Part shown: positions 1 to 12,108 of the stretch, piece after piece
Layout of the letters: every line of letters starts with the position of its first letter
Position numbering within the stretch: position 1 is the stretch's first letter
NCBI RefSeq assembly: GCF_016026235.1
Contig: NZ_CP065613.1
Source of the DNA: Escherichia coli
Lineage (GTDB): Bacteria > Pseudomonadota > Gammaproteobacteria > Enterobacterales > Enterobacteriaceae
DNA: 64,000 nucleotides
Strand: one strand, 5' to 3'
Program-made: the position numbers and the translations under genes
The notes under the pieces: generated by a model
What the model was told of the DNA's origin: nothing
The model's database searches: none
What the model saw: the letters and a program-made list of their open reading frames with translations, nothing else

Positions 1-415
1 CCGAGCCATTGAAGTGGTGGGCGGCGCGGCAAAAGGGAAGGCGATTATTGTGCTTAACCCAGCAGAGCCACCGTTGATGATGCGTGACACGGTGTATGTA
101 TTGAGCGACGAAGCTTCACAAGATGATATCGAAGCCTCAATCAATGAAATGGCTGAGGCGGTGCAGGCTTACGTACCGGGTTATCGCCTGAAACAGCGCG
201 TGCAGTTTGAAGTTATCCCGCAGGATAAACCGGTCAATTTACCGGGCGTGGGGCAATTCTCCGGACTGAAAACAGCGGTCTGGCTGGAAGTTGAAGGCGC
301 AGCGCATTATCTGCCTGCCTATGCGGGCAACCTCGATATTATGACTTCCAGTGCGCTGGCGACAGCGGAAAAAATGGCCCAGTCACTGGCGCGCAAGGCA
401 GGAGAAGCGGCATGA
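1..415 (+). CDS. mhpF: acetaldehyde dehydrogenase (acylating), C-terminal part; 5' end lies outside window
   Basis: ORF 14..415 translation matches MhpF C-terminus from memory; frame stays open to window start; followed by mhpE with 4-nt overlap. Confidence 0.85.
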   Translation, partial: RAIEVVGGAAKGKAIIVLNPAEPPLMMRDTVYVLSDEASQDDIEASINEMAEAVQAYVPGYRLKQRVQFEVIPQDKPVNLPGVGQFSGLKTAVWLEVEGAAHYLPAYAGNLDIMTSSALATAEKMAQSLARKAGEAA

Positions 416-1425
416 ACGGTAAAAAACTTTATATCTCGGACGTCACATTGCGTGACGGTATGCACGCCATTCGTCATCAGTATTCGCTGGAAAACGTTCG
501 CCAGATTGCCAAAGCACTGGACGATGCCCGCGTGGATTCGATTGAAGTGGCCCACGGCGACGGTTTGCAAGGTTCCAGCTTTAACTATGGTTTCGGCGCA
601 CATAGCGACCTTGAATGGATTGAAGCGGCGGCGGATGTGGTGAAGCACGCCAAAATCGCGACGTTGTTGCTGCCAGGAATCGGCACTATTCACGATCTGA
701 AAAATGCCTGGCAGGCTGGCGCGCGGGTGGTTCGTGTGGTAACGCACTGTACCGAAGCTGATGTTTCCGCCCAGCATATTCAGTATGCCCGCGAGCTCGG
801 AATGGACACCGTTGGTTTTCTGATGATGAGCCATATGACCACGCCGGAGAATCTCGCCAAGCAGGCAAAGCTGATGGAAGGCTACGGTGCGACCTGTATT
901 TATGTGGTGGATTCTGGCGGTGCGATGAACATGAGCGATATCCGTGACCGTTTCCGCGCCCTGAAAGCAGTGTTGAAACCAGAAACGCAAACCGGCATGC
1001 ACGCTCACCATAACCTGAGTCTTGGCGTGGCGAACTCTATCGCGGCGGTGGAAGAGGGCTGCGACCGAATCGACGCCAGCCTCGCGGGAATGGGCGCGGG
1101 CGCAGGTAACGCACCGCTGGAAGTGTTTATTGCCGCCGCGGATAAACTGGGCTGGCAGCATGGGACCGATCTCTATGCGTTAATGGATGCCGCCGACGAC
1201 CTGGTGCGTCCGTTGCAGGATCGTCCGGTACGAGTCGATCGCGAAACGCTGGCGCTGGGATACGCTGGTGTTTACTCGAGCTTCCTGCGTCACTGTGAAA
1301 CGGCGGCGGCGCATTATGGCTTAAGTGCGGTGGATATTCTCGTTGAGCTGGGCAAACGCCGGATGGTTGGCGGCCAGGAGGATATGATCGTCGACGTGGC
1401 GCTGGATCTGCGCAACAACAAATAA
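412..1425 (+). CDS. mhpE: 4-hydroxy-2-oxovalerate aldolase
   Basis: 337-aa ORF, expected length for MhpE; HMG-CoA-lyase-like aldolase sequence; position after mhpF. Confidence 0.95.
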   Translation: MNGKKLYISDVTLRDGMHAIRHQYSLENVRQIAKALDDARVDSIEVAHGDGLQGSSFNYGFGAHSDLEWIEAAADVVKHAKIATLLLPGIGTIHDLKNAWQAGARVVRVVTHCTEADVSAQHIQYARELGMDTVGFLMMSHMTTPENLAKQAKLMEGYGATCIYVVDSGGAMNMSDIRDRFRALKAVLKPETQTGMHAHHNLSLGVANSIAAVEEGCDRIDASLAGMGAGAGNAPLEVFIAAADKLGWQHGTDLYALMDAADDLVRPLQDRPVRVDRETLALGYAGVYSSFLRHCETAAAHYGLSAVDILVELGKRRMVGGQEDMIVDVALDLRNNK

Positions 1426-1473
1426 TGATGACTGCCGATAACGTGCATTTTGTATGCCCATCCCAGCACGACA

Positions 1474-1911
<438 letters not shown>

Positions 1912-2004
1912 ATTTCGCCCGTAGGCAGTCATTAAATGGTTCTGATTACGCGGCTGGCAATGTATCAGTCGCGATTCACCTGCACTCGCAACGAGGTTCA
2001 TCTT

Positions 2005-3216
2005 ATGTCGACTCGTACCCCTTCATCATCTTCATCCCGCCTGATGCTGACCATCGGGCTTTGTTTTTTGGTCGCTCTGATGGAAGGGCTGGATCTTCAG
2101 GCGGCTGGCATTGCGGCGGGTGGCATCGCCCAGGCTTTCGCACTCGATAAAATGCAAATGGGCTGGATATTCAGCGCCGGAATACTCGGTTTGCTACCCG
2201 GCGCGTTGGTTGGCGGAATGCTGGCGGACCGTTATGGTCGCAAGCGCATTTTGATTGGCTCAGTTGCGCTGTTTGGTTTGTTCTCGCTGGCAACGGCGAT
2301 TGCCTGGGATTTCCCCTCACTGGTCTTTGCGCGGCTGATGACCGGTGTCGGGCTGGGGGCGGCGTTGCTGAATCTTATCGCCCTGACGTCTGAAGCCGCG
2401 GGTCCACGTTTTCGTGGGACGGCAGTGAGCCTGATGTATTGCGGTGTTCCCATTGGCGCGGCGCTGGCGGCGACACTGGGTTTCGCGGGGGCAAACTTAG
2501 CATGGCAAACGGTGTTTTGGGTAGGTGGTGTGGTGCCGTTGATTCTGGTGCCGCTATTAATGCGCTGGCTGCCGGAGTCGGCGGTTTTCGCTGGCGAAAA
2601 ACAGGCTGCGCCACCACTGCGTGCGTTATTTGCGCCAGAAACGGCAACCGCGACGCTGCTGCTGTGGTTGTGTTATTTCTTCACTCTGCTGGTGGTCTAC
2701 ATGTTGATCAACTGGCTACCGCTGCTTTTGGTGGAGCAAGGATTCCAGCCATCGCAGGCGGCAGGGGTGATGTTTGCACTGCAAATGGGTGCGGCGAGCG
2801 GGACGTTAATGTTGGGCGCATTGATGGATAAGCTGCGTCCAGTAACCATGTCGCTACTGATTTATAGCGGCATGTTAGCTTCGCTGCTGGCGCTGGGAAC
2901 GGTGTCGTCATTTAACGGTATGTTGCTGGCGGGATTTGTCGCGGGGTTGTTTGCGACAGGTGGGCAAAGCGTTTTGTATGCCCTGGCACCGTTGTTTTAC
3001 AGTTCGCAGATCCGCGCAACAGGTGTGGGAACAGCCGTGGCGGTAGGGCGTCTGGGGGCTATGAGCGGTCCGTTACTGGCCGGGAAAATGCTGGCATTAG
3101 GCACTGGCACGGTCGGCGTAATGGCCGCTTCTGCACCGGGTATTCTTGTTGCTGGGTTGGCGGTGTTTATTTTGATGAGTCGGAGATCAAGAATGCAGCC
3201 GTGTGCCGATGCCTGA
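2005..3216 (+). CDS. mhpT: 3-(3-hydroxyphenyl)propionate MFS transporter
   Basis: ORF 1936..3216; internal ATG at 2005 (MSTRTPSSS...) gives the 403 aa expected for MhpT; MFS-like hydrophobic sequence. Confidence 0.9.
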   Translation: MSTRTPSSSSSRLMLTIGLCFLVALMEGLDLQAAGIAAGGIAQAFALDKMQMGWIFSAGILGLLPGALVGGMLADRYGRKRILIGSVALFGLFSLATAIAWDFPSLVFARLMTGVGLGAALLNLIALTSEAAGPRFRGTAVSLMYCGVPIGAALAATLGFAGANLAWQTVFWVGGVVPLILVPLLMRWLPESAVFAGEKQAAPPLRALFAPETATATLLLWLCYFFTLLVVYMLINWLPLLLVEQGFQPSQAAGVMFALQMGAASGTLMLGALMDKLRPVTMSLLIYSGMLASLLALGTVSSFNGMLLAGFVAGLFATGGQSVLYALAPLFYSSQIRATGVGTAVAVGRLGAMSGPLLAGKMLALGTGTVGVMAASAPGILVAGLAVFILMSRRSRMQPCADA

Positions 3217-3317
3217 CGCGCCTTATTAAGCAGGGGCGAAAGGGACTTGCCCCCAATACACCCACGGCGTTTACAGGTATACTCGCTAAAAATTATTCAG
3301 CGGGTTTGGAAACAAAG

Positions 3318-3857
3318 ATGGCAAAACTTACCTTACAAGAGCAGTTGCTCAAAGCAGGATTAGTCACCAGCAAAAAAGCGGCGAAGGTCGAGAGAACGGC
3401 GAAAAAATCGCGTGTTCAGGCGCGTGAAGCTCGGGCGGCGGTAGAAGAAAATAAAAAGGCACAGCTTGAGCGTGATAAACAGCTTAGCGAACAGCAAAAA
3501 CAAGCGGCGTTGGCGAAAGAATATAAAGCTCAGGTGAAGCAGCTTATTGAAATGAACCGGATCACCATTGCCAATGGCGATATTGGTTTTAACTTCACTG
3601 ACGGCAATCTGATTAAGAAGATTTTTGTCGATAAGCTCACACAGGCGCAGTTGATTAATGGTCGTCTGGCGATTGCCCGCTTGTTGGTCGATAACAATAG
3701 CGAAGGTGAATACGCAATTATTCCCGCCAGCGTTGCCGATAAAATTGCTCAGCGTGATGCCAGCAGTATTGTGTTGCACAGCGCGCTCAGTGCCGAAGAG
3801 CAGGATGAAGACGACCCGTATGCCGACTTCAAAGTGCCTGATGATTTGATGTGGTAA
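3318..3857 (+). CDS. yaiL: DUF2058 family protein YaiL
   Basis: ORF 3201..3857; ATG at 3318 (MAKLTLQEQLLKAG...) gives 179 aa matching YaiL as recalled. Confidence 0.85.
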   Translation: MAKLTLQEQLLKAGLVTSKKAAKVERTAKKSRVQAREARAAVEENKKAQLERDKQLSEQQKQAALAKEYKAQVKQLIEMNRITIANGDIGFNFTDGNLIKKIFVDKLTQAQLINGRLAIARLLVDNNSEGEYAIIPASVADKIAQRDASSIVLHSALSAEEQDEDDPYADFKVPDDLMW

Positions 3858-3880
3858 ACATAGATAAGTCGTGCGCAGAT

Positions 3881-3966
3881 GCCTGATGCGACGCTTACGC
3901 GTCTTATCATGCCTACGGCTCATGGGCGAAATGTAGGCCGGATAAGGCGTTCACGCCGCATCCGGC
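3881..3966. repeat. REP pair (BIME) in the yaiL-frmB intergenic region
   Basis: GCCTGATGCGACGC...GTCTTATCATGCCTAC and GTAGGCCGGATAAGGCG...CGCCGCATCCGGC palindromes read directly. Confidence 0.8.
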
Positions 3967-3981
3967 AGTTGTGCACTATTA

Positions 3982-4815
3982 TCAACGCATATTCAGTTTA
4001 TTGGCGTGGTAGGCAATATGCTCGCCAATAAAACTGGAGACAAAATAATAGCTGTGGTCGTAACCCTCGTGATAACGGATTAACGTCTTGATATTCATCT
4101 CCTGGCAGATCTTTTCAAGATTTGGAGTCCGCAGCTGTTCCGCGTAAAAATCATCACTCAACCCCTGATCAACCATGATTTCCGCAACGCGTTGACCTTG
4201 TGAAATAAGACTCACCGGGTCGTAATACAACCAGGCATCTTTATTTTCACCAAGATATGCAGCAAAGGCTTGCTGTCCCCACGGTACTTGCGATGGGGAG
4301 ACAATGGGCGAAAACGCCGAGACGCTGGCATATTCATCTGGGTTACGTAACGCCAGCACCAGCGCGCCCAGCCCGCCCATAGAATGACCAGAGATAGACT
4401 TTTTGGCCGTTGCCGGAAAATGATGCATCACTAAATCCGGCAGCTCGTTGCGGATATAGTCATACATTTTGTAATGTTCATTCCACGGCGCTTGCGTCGC
4501 GTTCAGGTAAAACCCGGCACCTTGCCCGAGATCGTAACGGTCGGCATCTGCGACATGACTGCCTCGCGGACTGGTGTCCGGCGCAACAACAATAATGTTG
4601 TGCTCAGCCGCGTAACGCTGCATCCCCGATTTAGTAATGAAATTCTGCTCGTTGCAGGTCAGGCCTGAAAGCCAGTACAGCACCGGCAATTTTTCATTCG
4701 CGGCTTTTGGTGGGAGATAGACGCCGACATTCATTTCACATTTCAGTGATGCGGAATAATGCCGATACACATTTTGCCAGCCGCCAAAGCTGGCATGTTT
4801 TTCAATGAGTTCCAT
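3982..4815 (-). CDS. frmB: S-formylglutathione hydrolase
   Basis: 277-aa ORF; esterase motif GHSMGG; position downstream of frmA. Confidence 0.95.
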   Translation of the reverse strand: MELIEKHASFGGWQNVYRHYSASLKCEMNVGVYLPPKAANEKLPVLYWLSGLTCNEQNFITKSGMQRYAAEHNIIVVAPDTSPRGSHVADADRYDLGQGAGFYLNATQAPWNEHYKMYDYIRNELPDLVMHHFPATAKKSISGHSMGGLGALVLALRNPDEYASVSAFSPIVSPSQVPWGQQAFAAYLGENKDAWLYYDPVSLISQGQRVAEIMVDQGLSDDFYAEQLRTPNLEKICQEMNIKTLIRYHEGYDHSYYFVSSFIGEHIAYHANKLNMR

Positions 4816-4907
4816 CAGTCATTATCTCACGGTTAATCCCCCGGACGGCTGCCCGGGGAGAGTATTAAGAACCCCGTCTGAAGTGGACGGGGTAAACCAG
4901 CGGGAAA

Positions 4908-6047
<1,140 letters not shown>

Positions 6048-6051
6048 TCAG

Positions 6052-6327
6052 CTATTTAAGATAGGCACGAACCAGTTCAATAGTGTCGTCAACGGATTGG
6101 CTGACTTCGCGGCTGTAGCAGTCATTTCGGTCAAACGTTTCCCGGATATGGCTTTCAAGCACTTCTGCCATCAGCCCATTAGCCGCGCCCCGAACGGCAG
6201 CGATCTGTTGGAGTATGGCACGGCATTCGGCATCACCCTCCAGCGACCGTTCCAGAGCATCAATCTGCCCTCGAATACGACGAACTCGAGTAAGGACCTT
6301 TTTCTTCTCTTCCGGAGTACTGGGCAT
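6052..6327 (-). CDS. frmR: formaldehyde-responsive transcriptional repressor (CsoR/RcnR family)
   Basis: ORF 6052..6348; ATG at 6327 gives 91 aa ([12 protein letters not shown]...) matching FrmR; first gene of frmRAB. Confidence 0.9.
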
Positions 6328-6353
6328 TTCGCACCTCATCATCTGCACGCAAT

Positions 6354-6402
6354 ATACTATAGGGGGGTATGCTATATGTCAATACATACCCCCCTATAGT
6401 AT
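6354..6402. promoter_or_regulatory. putative frmRAB operator: perfect 17-bp inverted repeat ATACTATAGGGGGGTAT (15 bp spacer) ATACCCCCCTATAGTAT
   Basis: Arms at 6354..6370 and 6386..6402 are exact reverse complements; sits directly upstream of the frmR start on the minus strand. Confidence 0.7.
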
Positions 6403-6486
6403 ATAACACTGGAGAATAATTGTTGTCCGAAGCCTAACCAGGTGAACGGTCCCTCAAGACAGATGGGGACCGTTTATGTGCTATTT

Positions 6487-7533
6487 TTATGCCGCATCCG
6501 CTAAAACAAACATCCCGTAAGGATGGATTTCGAGGTAATAGTGCTCACCAATATCGGGCTGTAAACGGGTGGCGTTTACTTGTAATAAAATCTCCTGTCC
6601 ATGCCACTCTACGGTCACTTCGTACTGCGGCCCCATGTAGGCGACATGGCGAATAACACAACGCTGACTCTCTTCGCCGTGATTGCTTAAGGTGATGGCT
6701 TCCGGGCGAACGCCGACGGTGCCGCTACCTTGCGCCGGGAAATGCGCCGCGCGCGGCAGGCGATAACCGTAGATATCGACATACTCTTCGCTAAAGTTCG
6801 CCGGGAACAGGTTGGCGTCGCCCATAAAACTTGCCATAAAGCGGGAGGCTGGCTGACGATAGAGCTCCTGCGGTGAGCCAATCTGCATGATGTGACCTTT
6901 ATTCATCACCAGCACAGTGTCGGACACCGCGAAAGCTTCACTTTGATCGTGAGTGACGTAGAGCGACGTGATATTAAACTGCTTTTGCAGCTCGCGGATC
7001 TTATCGCGCATACTGCGGCGCAGGTTGGCATCGAGGTTACTTAACGGCTCATCAAACAGCAGCACCTTTGGCTTGAGGATCAACGCGCGGGCCAGTGCCA
7101 CTCGCTGTTGCTGACCACCGGAAATCTGATCGACATAGCGGTCCTCGAAGCCTTCCAGATCCACCATTGCCAGCGCCTCCTTCACCCGCTGTTTCACTTC
7201 GCTACGCGAGACGCCAAGCATCTTCAGCCCGTAGCCAACGTTTTCACCCAGCGACATATGCGGGAACAGAGCGTATGACTGAAACACCATGCAGATATCG
7301 CGCTGTTGAATGGAACGATGCGTGACATCTTCGCCATCAATAAAAATTTGCCCTTCGCTCGGTTTTTCCAGCCCGGCAACCAGACGCAAAATGGTGGTTT
7401 TGCCACAGCCGGAAGGACCGAGCAGCGTCACCATTTGCCCTTGTGGAATGGTGAGATTGATATTGTCGATAACCGTATTACTGCCGAATCGTTTAGTGAC
7501 GTTGCGCAGTTCAACAAAATTTTTCTGACTCAT
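6487..7533 (-). CDS. afuC: ABC transporter ATP-binding protein, AfuC-like (start may instead be 7545)
   Basis: Walker [13 protein letters not shown] signature [10 protein letters not shown]-terminal TOBE-like region; GGAG lies 6 nt upstream of the ATG at 7533; an alternative ATG at 7545 overlaps the afuB stop by 1 nt. Confidence 0.8.
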   Translation of the reverse strand: MSQKNFVELRNVTKRFGSNTVIDNINLTIPQGQMVTLLGPSGCGKTTILRLVAGLEKPSEGQIFIDGEDVTHRSIQQRDICMVFQSYALFPHMSLGENVGYGLKMLGVSRSEVKQRVKEALAMVDLEGFEDRYVDQISGGQQQRVALARALILKPKVLLFDEPLSNLDANLRRSMRDKIRELQKQFNITSLYVTHDQSEAFAVSDTVLVMNKGHIMQIGSPQELYRQPASRFMASFMGDANLFPANFSEEYVDIYGYRLPRAAHFPAQGSGTVGVRPEAITLSNHGEESQRCVIRHVAYMGPQYEVTVEWHGQEILLQVNATRLQPDIGEHYYLEIHPYGMFVLADAA

Positions 7534-7544
7534 ATTGCGCTCCA

Positions 7545-9623
7545 TTACGCCTGGTTTTTGGCTTTAGAACGGGAGATACGAGCTTCTCCGATCAGCCAGT
7601 CAAAGAGGAAAATAATCGCCAGCATCACCACGATCAGAATCGAACCATAGGCGATGGCTACGCCATATTCGCCGTCTTCAACGCGGTTAAGAATGTAGGC
7701 GGTTGCCACGCGGGTGTCCGGCGTGACGAGAAAGACGATGGCGCTGACCGTCGTGATGGCCCGCACAAAGCTGTAGATCAGGGCCGAGAGAATGGCCGGA
7801 CGCAGCAGCGGCAGTAAAATGTGGGTTATGGTTCGCAAGGAACCCGCGCGCAGGCTGAGTGAGGCTTCATCCAGCGATTTGTCGATCTGCCCCAGACCCG
7901 CAATCCCGGCGCGAATACCCACCGGAACGTTACGCATCACCATCGAGATAATCACAATTGCCGCCGTTCCGGTGAGATAAACCGGAGCGCTGTTAAAGGC
8001 AAGAATATACGAAACGCCCGCCACCGTACCCGGTACGGCAAAGCACAGCATGGTGGTGAACTCGATGGTCTTTTTGCCTTTGAATTGTTGACGCACCACC
8101 ACCCAGGCGATGAGCAGGCCAAAGATAGCGGTAATGGGAGCGGCAATCCCGGCGTAGAGCAGGGTATCCAGCAGTGAAGGCCACGCGCCGTCGCTCATTC
8201 CCTGACCAAATAGCTTGATAAAGTTATCCAGCGTCAGGGTGTAGTCCACGCCCCAGTTCACCGTGAAGCTGCCGTAGAAAATGCTGCCGTAGAGCAGGGC
8301 GTTAAAGGCAATCCATATCGCAAGTATGGCGACCACGCTCCACACCAGGGTGACCGGTAGCGGCTGGACGTCGCCACGGTAGGATTTGCCGGAAACCGTG
8401 ACGTAAGAGCGTTTACCAATCCACATATACTGGATGCAGAACACCAGCAGCGAGAACAGCAGCAGGAAAGCGCCAAGGGTGCTGGCGGCCTGATAATCCA
8501 GCTGCGAGCCGGTAATATAGAAGTAAATTTGCGTCGCCAGTACGTCGAAGTTACCGCCAAGTACCAGCGGGTTACTGAAATCAGCCAGTGACTGTACCAC
8601 GACGATTAAAAAGGCATTGGCGAGTGCGGGCTTCAACAACGGCACAAACACGCCGTTAAAGGTTTGCCAGCGGCTGGCGCGCAGGGTGTAGGAGGCCTCT
8701 TCCAGCGAGGGATGAATGGTTTTAATGGCCCCGTCGAGGATCATAAATGCCATTGGCGTGAATGCCAGAACCTGTGCCAGCCAGATCCCGGTAAAACCGT
8801 ACAGCCAGTTGGTGTTGGTCAGCCCAAACCACTCCACCATAAATTCCGTAACATAGCCGGAGCGCCCCATCATGAGCGTCACGCCTAAGCCGACCACAAA
8901 CGGTGGCGTAACGATGGGCAAAATGGAAAAGATGCGACCAATAATGGCGCTGCGTTTAGCGATGCGCGTGGTATAAATCGCCAGCACCAGGCCGAAGAAA
9001 GTACAGCCTATCCCCACCGCTATCGACAAGACGATAGAGTTGACGATCACCTGAACAATATGTGCCTGCGAGAGCACGGTCATAAACGCCAGCGGGGCGA
9101 ACTCTCCCGCGTCGTTGGTGAACATCGGGATAAAAATGGCGATGCTCGGCCAGACGATAAAAATGCCAATCAGCGCCACAATCGCAATCAGTGAGCCGAT
9201 CACGAAGCGGTCGCCACCCAGCCATTCGAGGCGGGTTAAGGCCAGCGTCATAATCGCGCCTAGTTCGACAAACAGCACGATGGCGGCGTAGCCTAAACCG
9301 CGTCCAACCACGGTGGCGCTGATGACGATAAACGCCATACAGAGCAATGCCCAGCCGGCATCGAAATAATGACGGCTACGTTGTTCGCGCGTGGCCTCAC
9401 TAAACGGGCGGACCAGCAACAGGCTCGGGAGTAAATACCACAGCCAGCTGATATTAAAATGCGACCAGCCGTACGCCCCGAGGATCTCATCACTCGTGGA
9501 CTCCAGCAGGCCATAATCGAGGCTCCAGCTCGGCAACAGTATAAATGCCAGCCAGCCCAGCAAAACCCAAAGGAAAATCGCATCCCGCTTTTTCACGGGA
9601 TGGAGTGCAAGTGTCTGTGACAT
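7545..9623 (-). CDS. afuB: ABC transporter permease with duplicated transmembrane domains, AfuB/FbpB-like
   Basis: 692-aa highly hydrophobic ORF with two-lobed permease organisation; lies between the binding-protein and ATPase genes. Confidence 0.85.
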   Translation of the reverse strand: MSQTLALHPVKKRDAIFLWVLLGWLAFILLPSWSLDYGLLESTSDEILGAYGWSHFNISWLWYLLPSLLLVRPFSEATREQRSRHYFDAGWALLCMAFIVISATVVGRGLGYAAIVLFVELGAIMTLALTRLEWLGGDRFVIGSLIAIVALIGIFIVWPSIAIFIPMFTNDAGEFAPLAFMTVLSQAHIVQVIVNSIVLSIAVGIGCTFFGLVLAIYTTRIAKRSAIIGRIFSILPIVTPPFVVGLGVTLMMGRSGYVTEFMVEWFGLTNTNWLYGFTGIWLAQVLAFTPMAFMILDGAIKTIHPSLEEASYTLRASRWQTFNGVFVPLLKPALANAFLIVVVQSLADFSNPLVLGGNFDVLATQIYFYITGSQLDYQAASTLGAFLLLFSLLVFCIQYMWIGKRSYVTVSGKSYRGDVQPLPVTLVWSVVAILAIWIAFNALLYGSIFYGSFTVNWGVDYTLTLDNFIKLFGQGMSDGAWPSLLDTLLYAGIAAPITAIFGLLIAWVVVRQQFKGKKTIEFTTMLCFAVPGTVAGVSYILAFNSAPVYLTGTAAIVIISMVMRNVPVGIRAGIAGLGQIDKSLDEASLSLRAGSLRTITHILLPLLRPAILSALIYSFVRAITTVSAIVFLVTPDTRVATAYILNRVEDGEYGVAIAYGSILIVVMLAIIFLFDWLIGEARISRSKAKNQA

Positions 9624-9691
9624 AGCAGTTCCGGTATGGTTGGCCGGGGCAGGCGTTTGTGCTGCACCCGGAAAATACGCCTAATGCGGGT

Positions 9692-10723
9692 TTATTTACC
9701 CATCTTCACTTCGCTGACCCATTTATTAATCAATGCCTTACGAACATCCGTGGAACCATATTTATCCATGTCGTAGTTGATTAATTTCAGGTCGTCGAGC
9801 TTCAGTGAATTTGGCGACGTTTCGGCGGTGGTATTGGTCAGGATCTGATAAGACTTCCCTTTCTTCCACGCCAGTTCCTGAGCTTCTTTTGATAATACCC
9901 AGTCCACAAACAGTTTGGCGTTGTCGAGGTTGCGCGCGCCTTTCAGAATGCTGACGCCGCCAATTTCGTAGCCTGTACCTTCACACGGGGAAATCAACTC
10001 CAGCGGCGCGCCCTGTTCTTTTTCCAGCGAGTAGTCATGCAGGAAGCCAATACCAATCGCCGTTTCGCCACGGGCGGCGTTACGTGCCGGGGCTATGCCT
10101 GATTTGGTGTACTGAGAGACGTTGGCGTTCAGTTGTTTTAGATAATCAAAGGCCTGATCTTCCCCCCACAGCTGCGCAAAAGTAGCCAGGGCGGTGTAGG
10201 CAGTACCGGAACTTTGCGGATCGGCAATTTGAATTTCGCCTTTATATTCCGGTTTGGTGAGATCTTTCCAGCACTTCGGCACCGGCAGGTTTTTCTCTTT
10301 CAGACGATCGGTGTTTACGCCAAAACCGAGGATCCCCACATAAACGGCAGAGGACAGATTCCCTTTCACTTTTGCCGGATCGCGGAATTTCTCCATGATC
10401 TGCTCAAGGTTAGGGGATTTATACGCCTGTAGCAGGCCCATCTCGCCAGCCTGCGATTGTGGGTCTAAAGTGCCGCCGTACCAGACGTCAGCCTGGGGGT
10501 TTTTCTTTTCAGCATCGACTTTTGCCAGGGTGCTTCCGGAACCGTTGCGGATAAACGAGGTTTTTACATCATATTTCTCGCCAAACGCTTTGGTTTCGGC
10601 CTCACACATTTCATTGGTGGCGCTGCAATAGACCACCAGCCGGCCTTTTGCCTGCGCGGCACCCGTTAAAGTCGCCAGCGCAACGGCAGAAGCAATCAGA
10701 GTAGAGGTAAAGGTCATTTTCAT
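9692..10723 (-). CDS. afuA: periplasmic substrate-binding protein, AfuA/FbpA-like (proposed sugar-phosphate binding)
   Basis: ORF 9692..11050; internal ATG at 10723 gives MKMTFTSTLIASAVALATLTGAAQA signal peptide; the upstream extension overlaps the neighbouring gene and is spurious. Confidence 0.85.
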   Translation of the reverse strand: MKMTFTSTLIASAVALATLTGAAQAKGRLVVYCSATNEMCEAETKAFGEKYDVKTSFIRNGSGSTLAKVDAEKKNPQADVWYGGTLDPQSQAGEMGLLQAYKSPNLEQIMEKFRDPAKVKGNLSSAVYVGILGFGVNTDRLKEKNLPVPKCWKDLTKPEYKGEIQIADPQSSGTAYTALATFAQLWGEDQAFDYLKQLNANVSQYTKSGIAPARNAARGETAIGIGFLHDYSLEKEQGAPLELISPCEGTGYEIGGVSILKGARNLDNAKLFVDWVLSKEAQELAWKKGKSYQILTNTTAETSPNSLKLDDLKLINYDMDKYGSTDVRKALINKWVSEVKMGK

Positions 10724-12036
10724 TGTTTTATCCTTCGAGCGTGAGTGGTGGTGATGCCCGCCATCAGTAACGGCATCAGCAGTAAACCCATAAGTACTGC
10801 GGCGACCGAGAGTAAACTGAACATTCCCGGCCAGCCGTAGCGTTCGATGACCAGCGACAGCGGCCAGCCTGCCAGCGCTGCGCCAAGGTAAGCGAACAGG
10901 CCGAGAAATCCGGTGATTGAACCCGCCGCAGCTTTGTGCCCACACTCCACCGCCGCAAGTCCAATCAGCATTTGTGGGCCAAAGACGAAAAAGCCCACGG
11001 TAAAAAAGCACACTGCCAGCAGAGCGTAGTGATGAACCGGTGCCAGCCACAGTGCGGCGACTGACACCATCAACCCCAACGTGAACAGCAAAATCATTGG
11101 CGCTCGTTGCCCGCTAAACAGCAAATCCGATCCCCATCCGGCAAATAACGCGCCGAGTAAGCCGCCCACTTCAAACAGCATTACCGTGGCGTTGGCGCTG
11201 AGCAGGTTGACACCGTGGCTTTCCGTCAGCCAGATATTGCCCCAGTCGTTAAGCGCAATCCGGATCACATAAACCAGTACATAAGAGACGCCCAGTAGCC
11301 AGATCAGCGGATTTTGCAGCATGGTGGTGCGCAACATTTGCCACAGCCCCATCGGCGGACTTTGTTGTTCCTGACGTAACTCCAGCGGATCGTGACGCCA
11401 GTGACCAACTGTCGGTAATCCCTCTTCCTGGGGCGTGCCTTTGAGTTGTAGCGTTAACCAGATCCCTAATGCCATGCTGATTATCCCCGGTGTCAGCATC
11501 GCGGCCTGCCAGCCCCACCAGTGGGCGGCAAAGGCGCTAATCAGCGGAATAATCGCTCCGCCAATGTTGATCGACATATTCCAGCAGCCCCACCAGAAAC
11601 CGCGCTCATTGCGTGAGTACCAGTGGGTCAGCAAGCGGGCACACGGTGGCCATCCCCAGCCCTGAAAAAAACCGTTCAGTGTCCAGACCACAAGCAGAAG
11701 CGTAAGTGATTCGCCAAAGGCAAACACCACGTTCAATAACCCGGTGGCGAACAAGCCGACGCCCATAAAACCGCGTTGTCCGTGGCTGTCATGCCACAGT
11801 CCGGCGGTAAATTTCGACAATCCGTAGCTGAGATAAAACAGCGAACCCAGCAGGCCAATGTCGCCTTTATCCAGTCCGAGGTCGGTTTGTAGCGCCGGAA
11901 GGACGTAATTCACGCTTTTTCGCGTCAGATAAAATGCGGCGTAGCCAATAATCATGCACATCAGCAATCGCGGACGTAATGTCCGGTAGCATTGATCAAT
12001 TTCTCTCGCTGAACGCGCGTGCATGGTTGTCTCCAT
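10720..12036 (-). CDS. MFS protein, UhpC-like sugar-phosphate sensor/transporter paralog
   Basis: 438 aa; clear similarity to K-12 UhpC recalled from memory (e.g. FFQGWGWPPCARLLTHWYSRNERG versus UhpC FFQGWGSPVCARLLTAWYSRTERG); TGA stop overlaps the afuA ATG. Confidence 0.85.
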   Translation of the reverse strand: METTMHARSAREIDQCYRTLRPRLLMCMIIGYAAFYLTRKSVNYVLPALQTDLGLDKGDIGLLGSLFYLSYGLSKFTAGLWHDSHGQRGFMGVGLFATGLLNVVFAFGESLTLLLVVWTLNGFFQGWGWPPCARLLTHWYSRNERGFWWGCWNMSINIGGAIIPLISAFAAHWWGWQAAMLTPGIISMALGIWLTLQLKGTPQEEGLPTVGHWRHDPLELRQEQQSPPMGLWQMLRTTMLQNPLIWLLGVSYVLVYVIRIALNDWGNIWLTESHGVNLLSANATVMLFEVGGLLGALFAGWGSDLLFSGQRAPMILLFTLGLMVSVAALWLAPVHHYALLAVCFFTVGFFVFGPQMLIGLAAVECGHKAAAGSITGFLGLFAYLGAALAGWPLSLVIERYGWPGMFSLLSVAAVLMGLLLMPLLMAGITTTHARRIKQ

Positions 12037-12108
12037 GTTGCTGACTATATGAAAATGAAAGTGAAAGGGGATGAGAGAAAATCCGGGATACCTAAGACTT
12101 TTTCCTGG

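Noticed and set aside
10724-11050. N-terminal 109-codon extension of the afuA ORF
   Set aside because: Overlaps the 3' end of the UhpC-like gene in another frame; a signal peptide begins at the internal Met, so the extension is not translated
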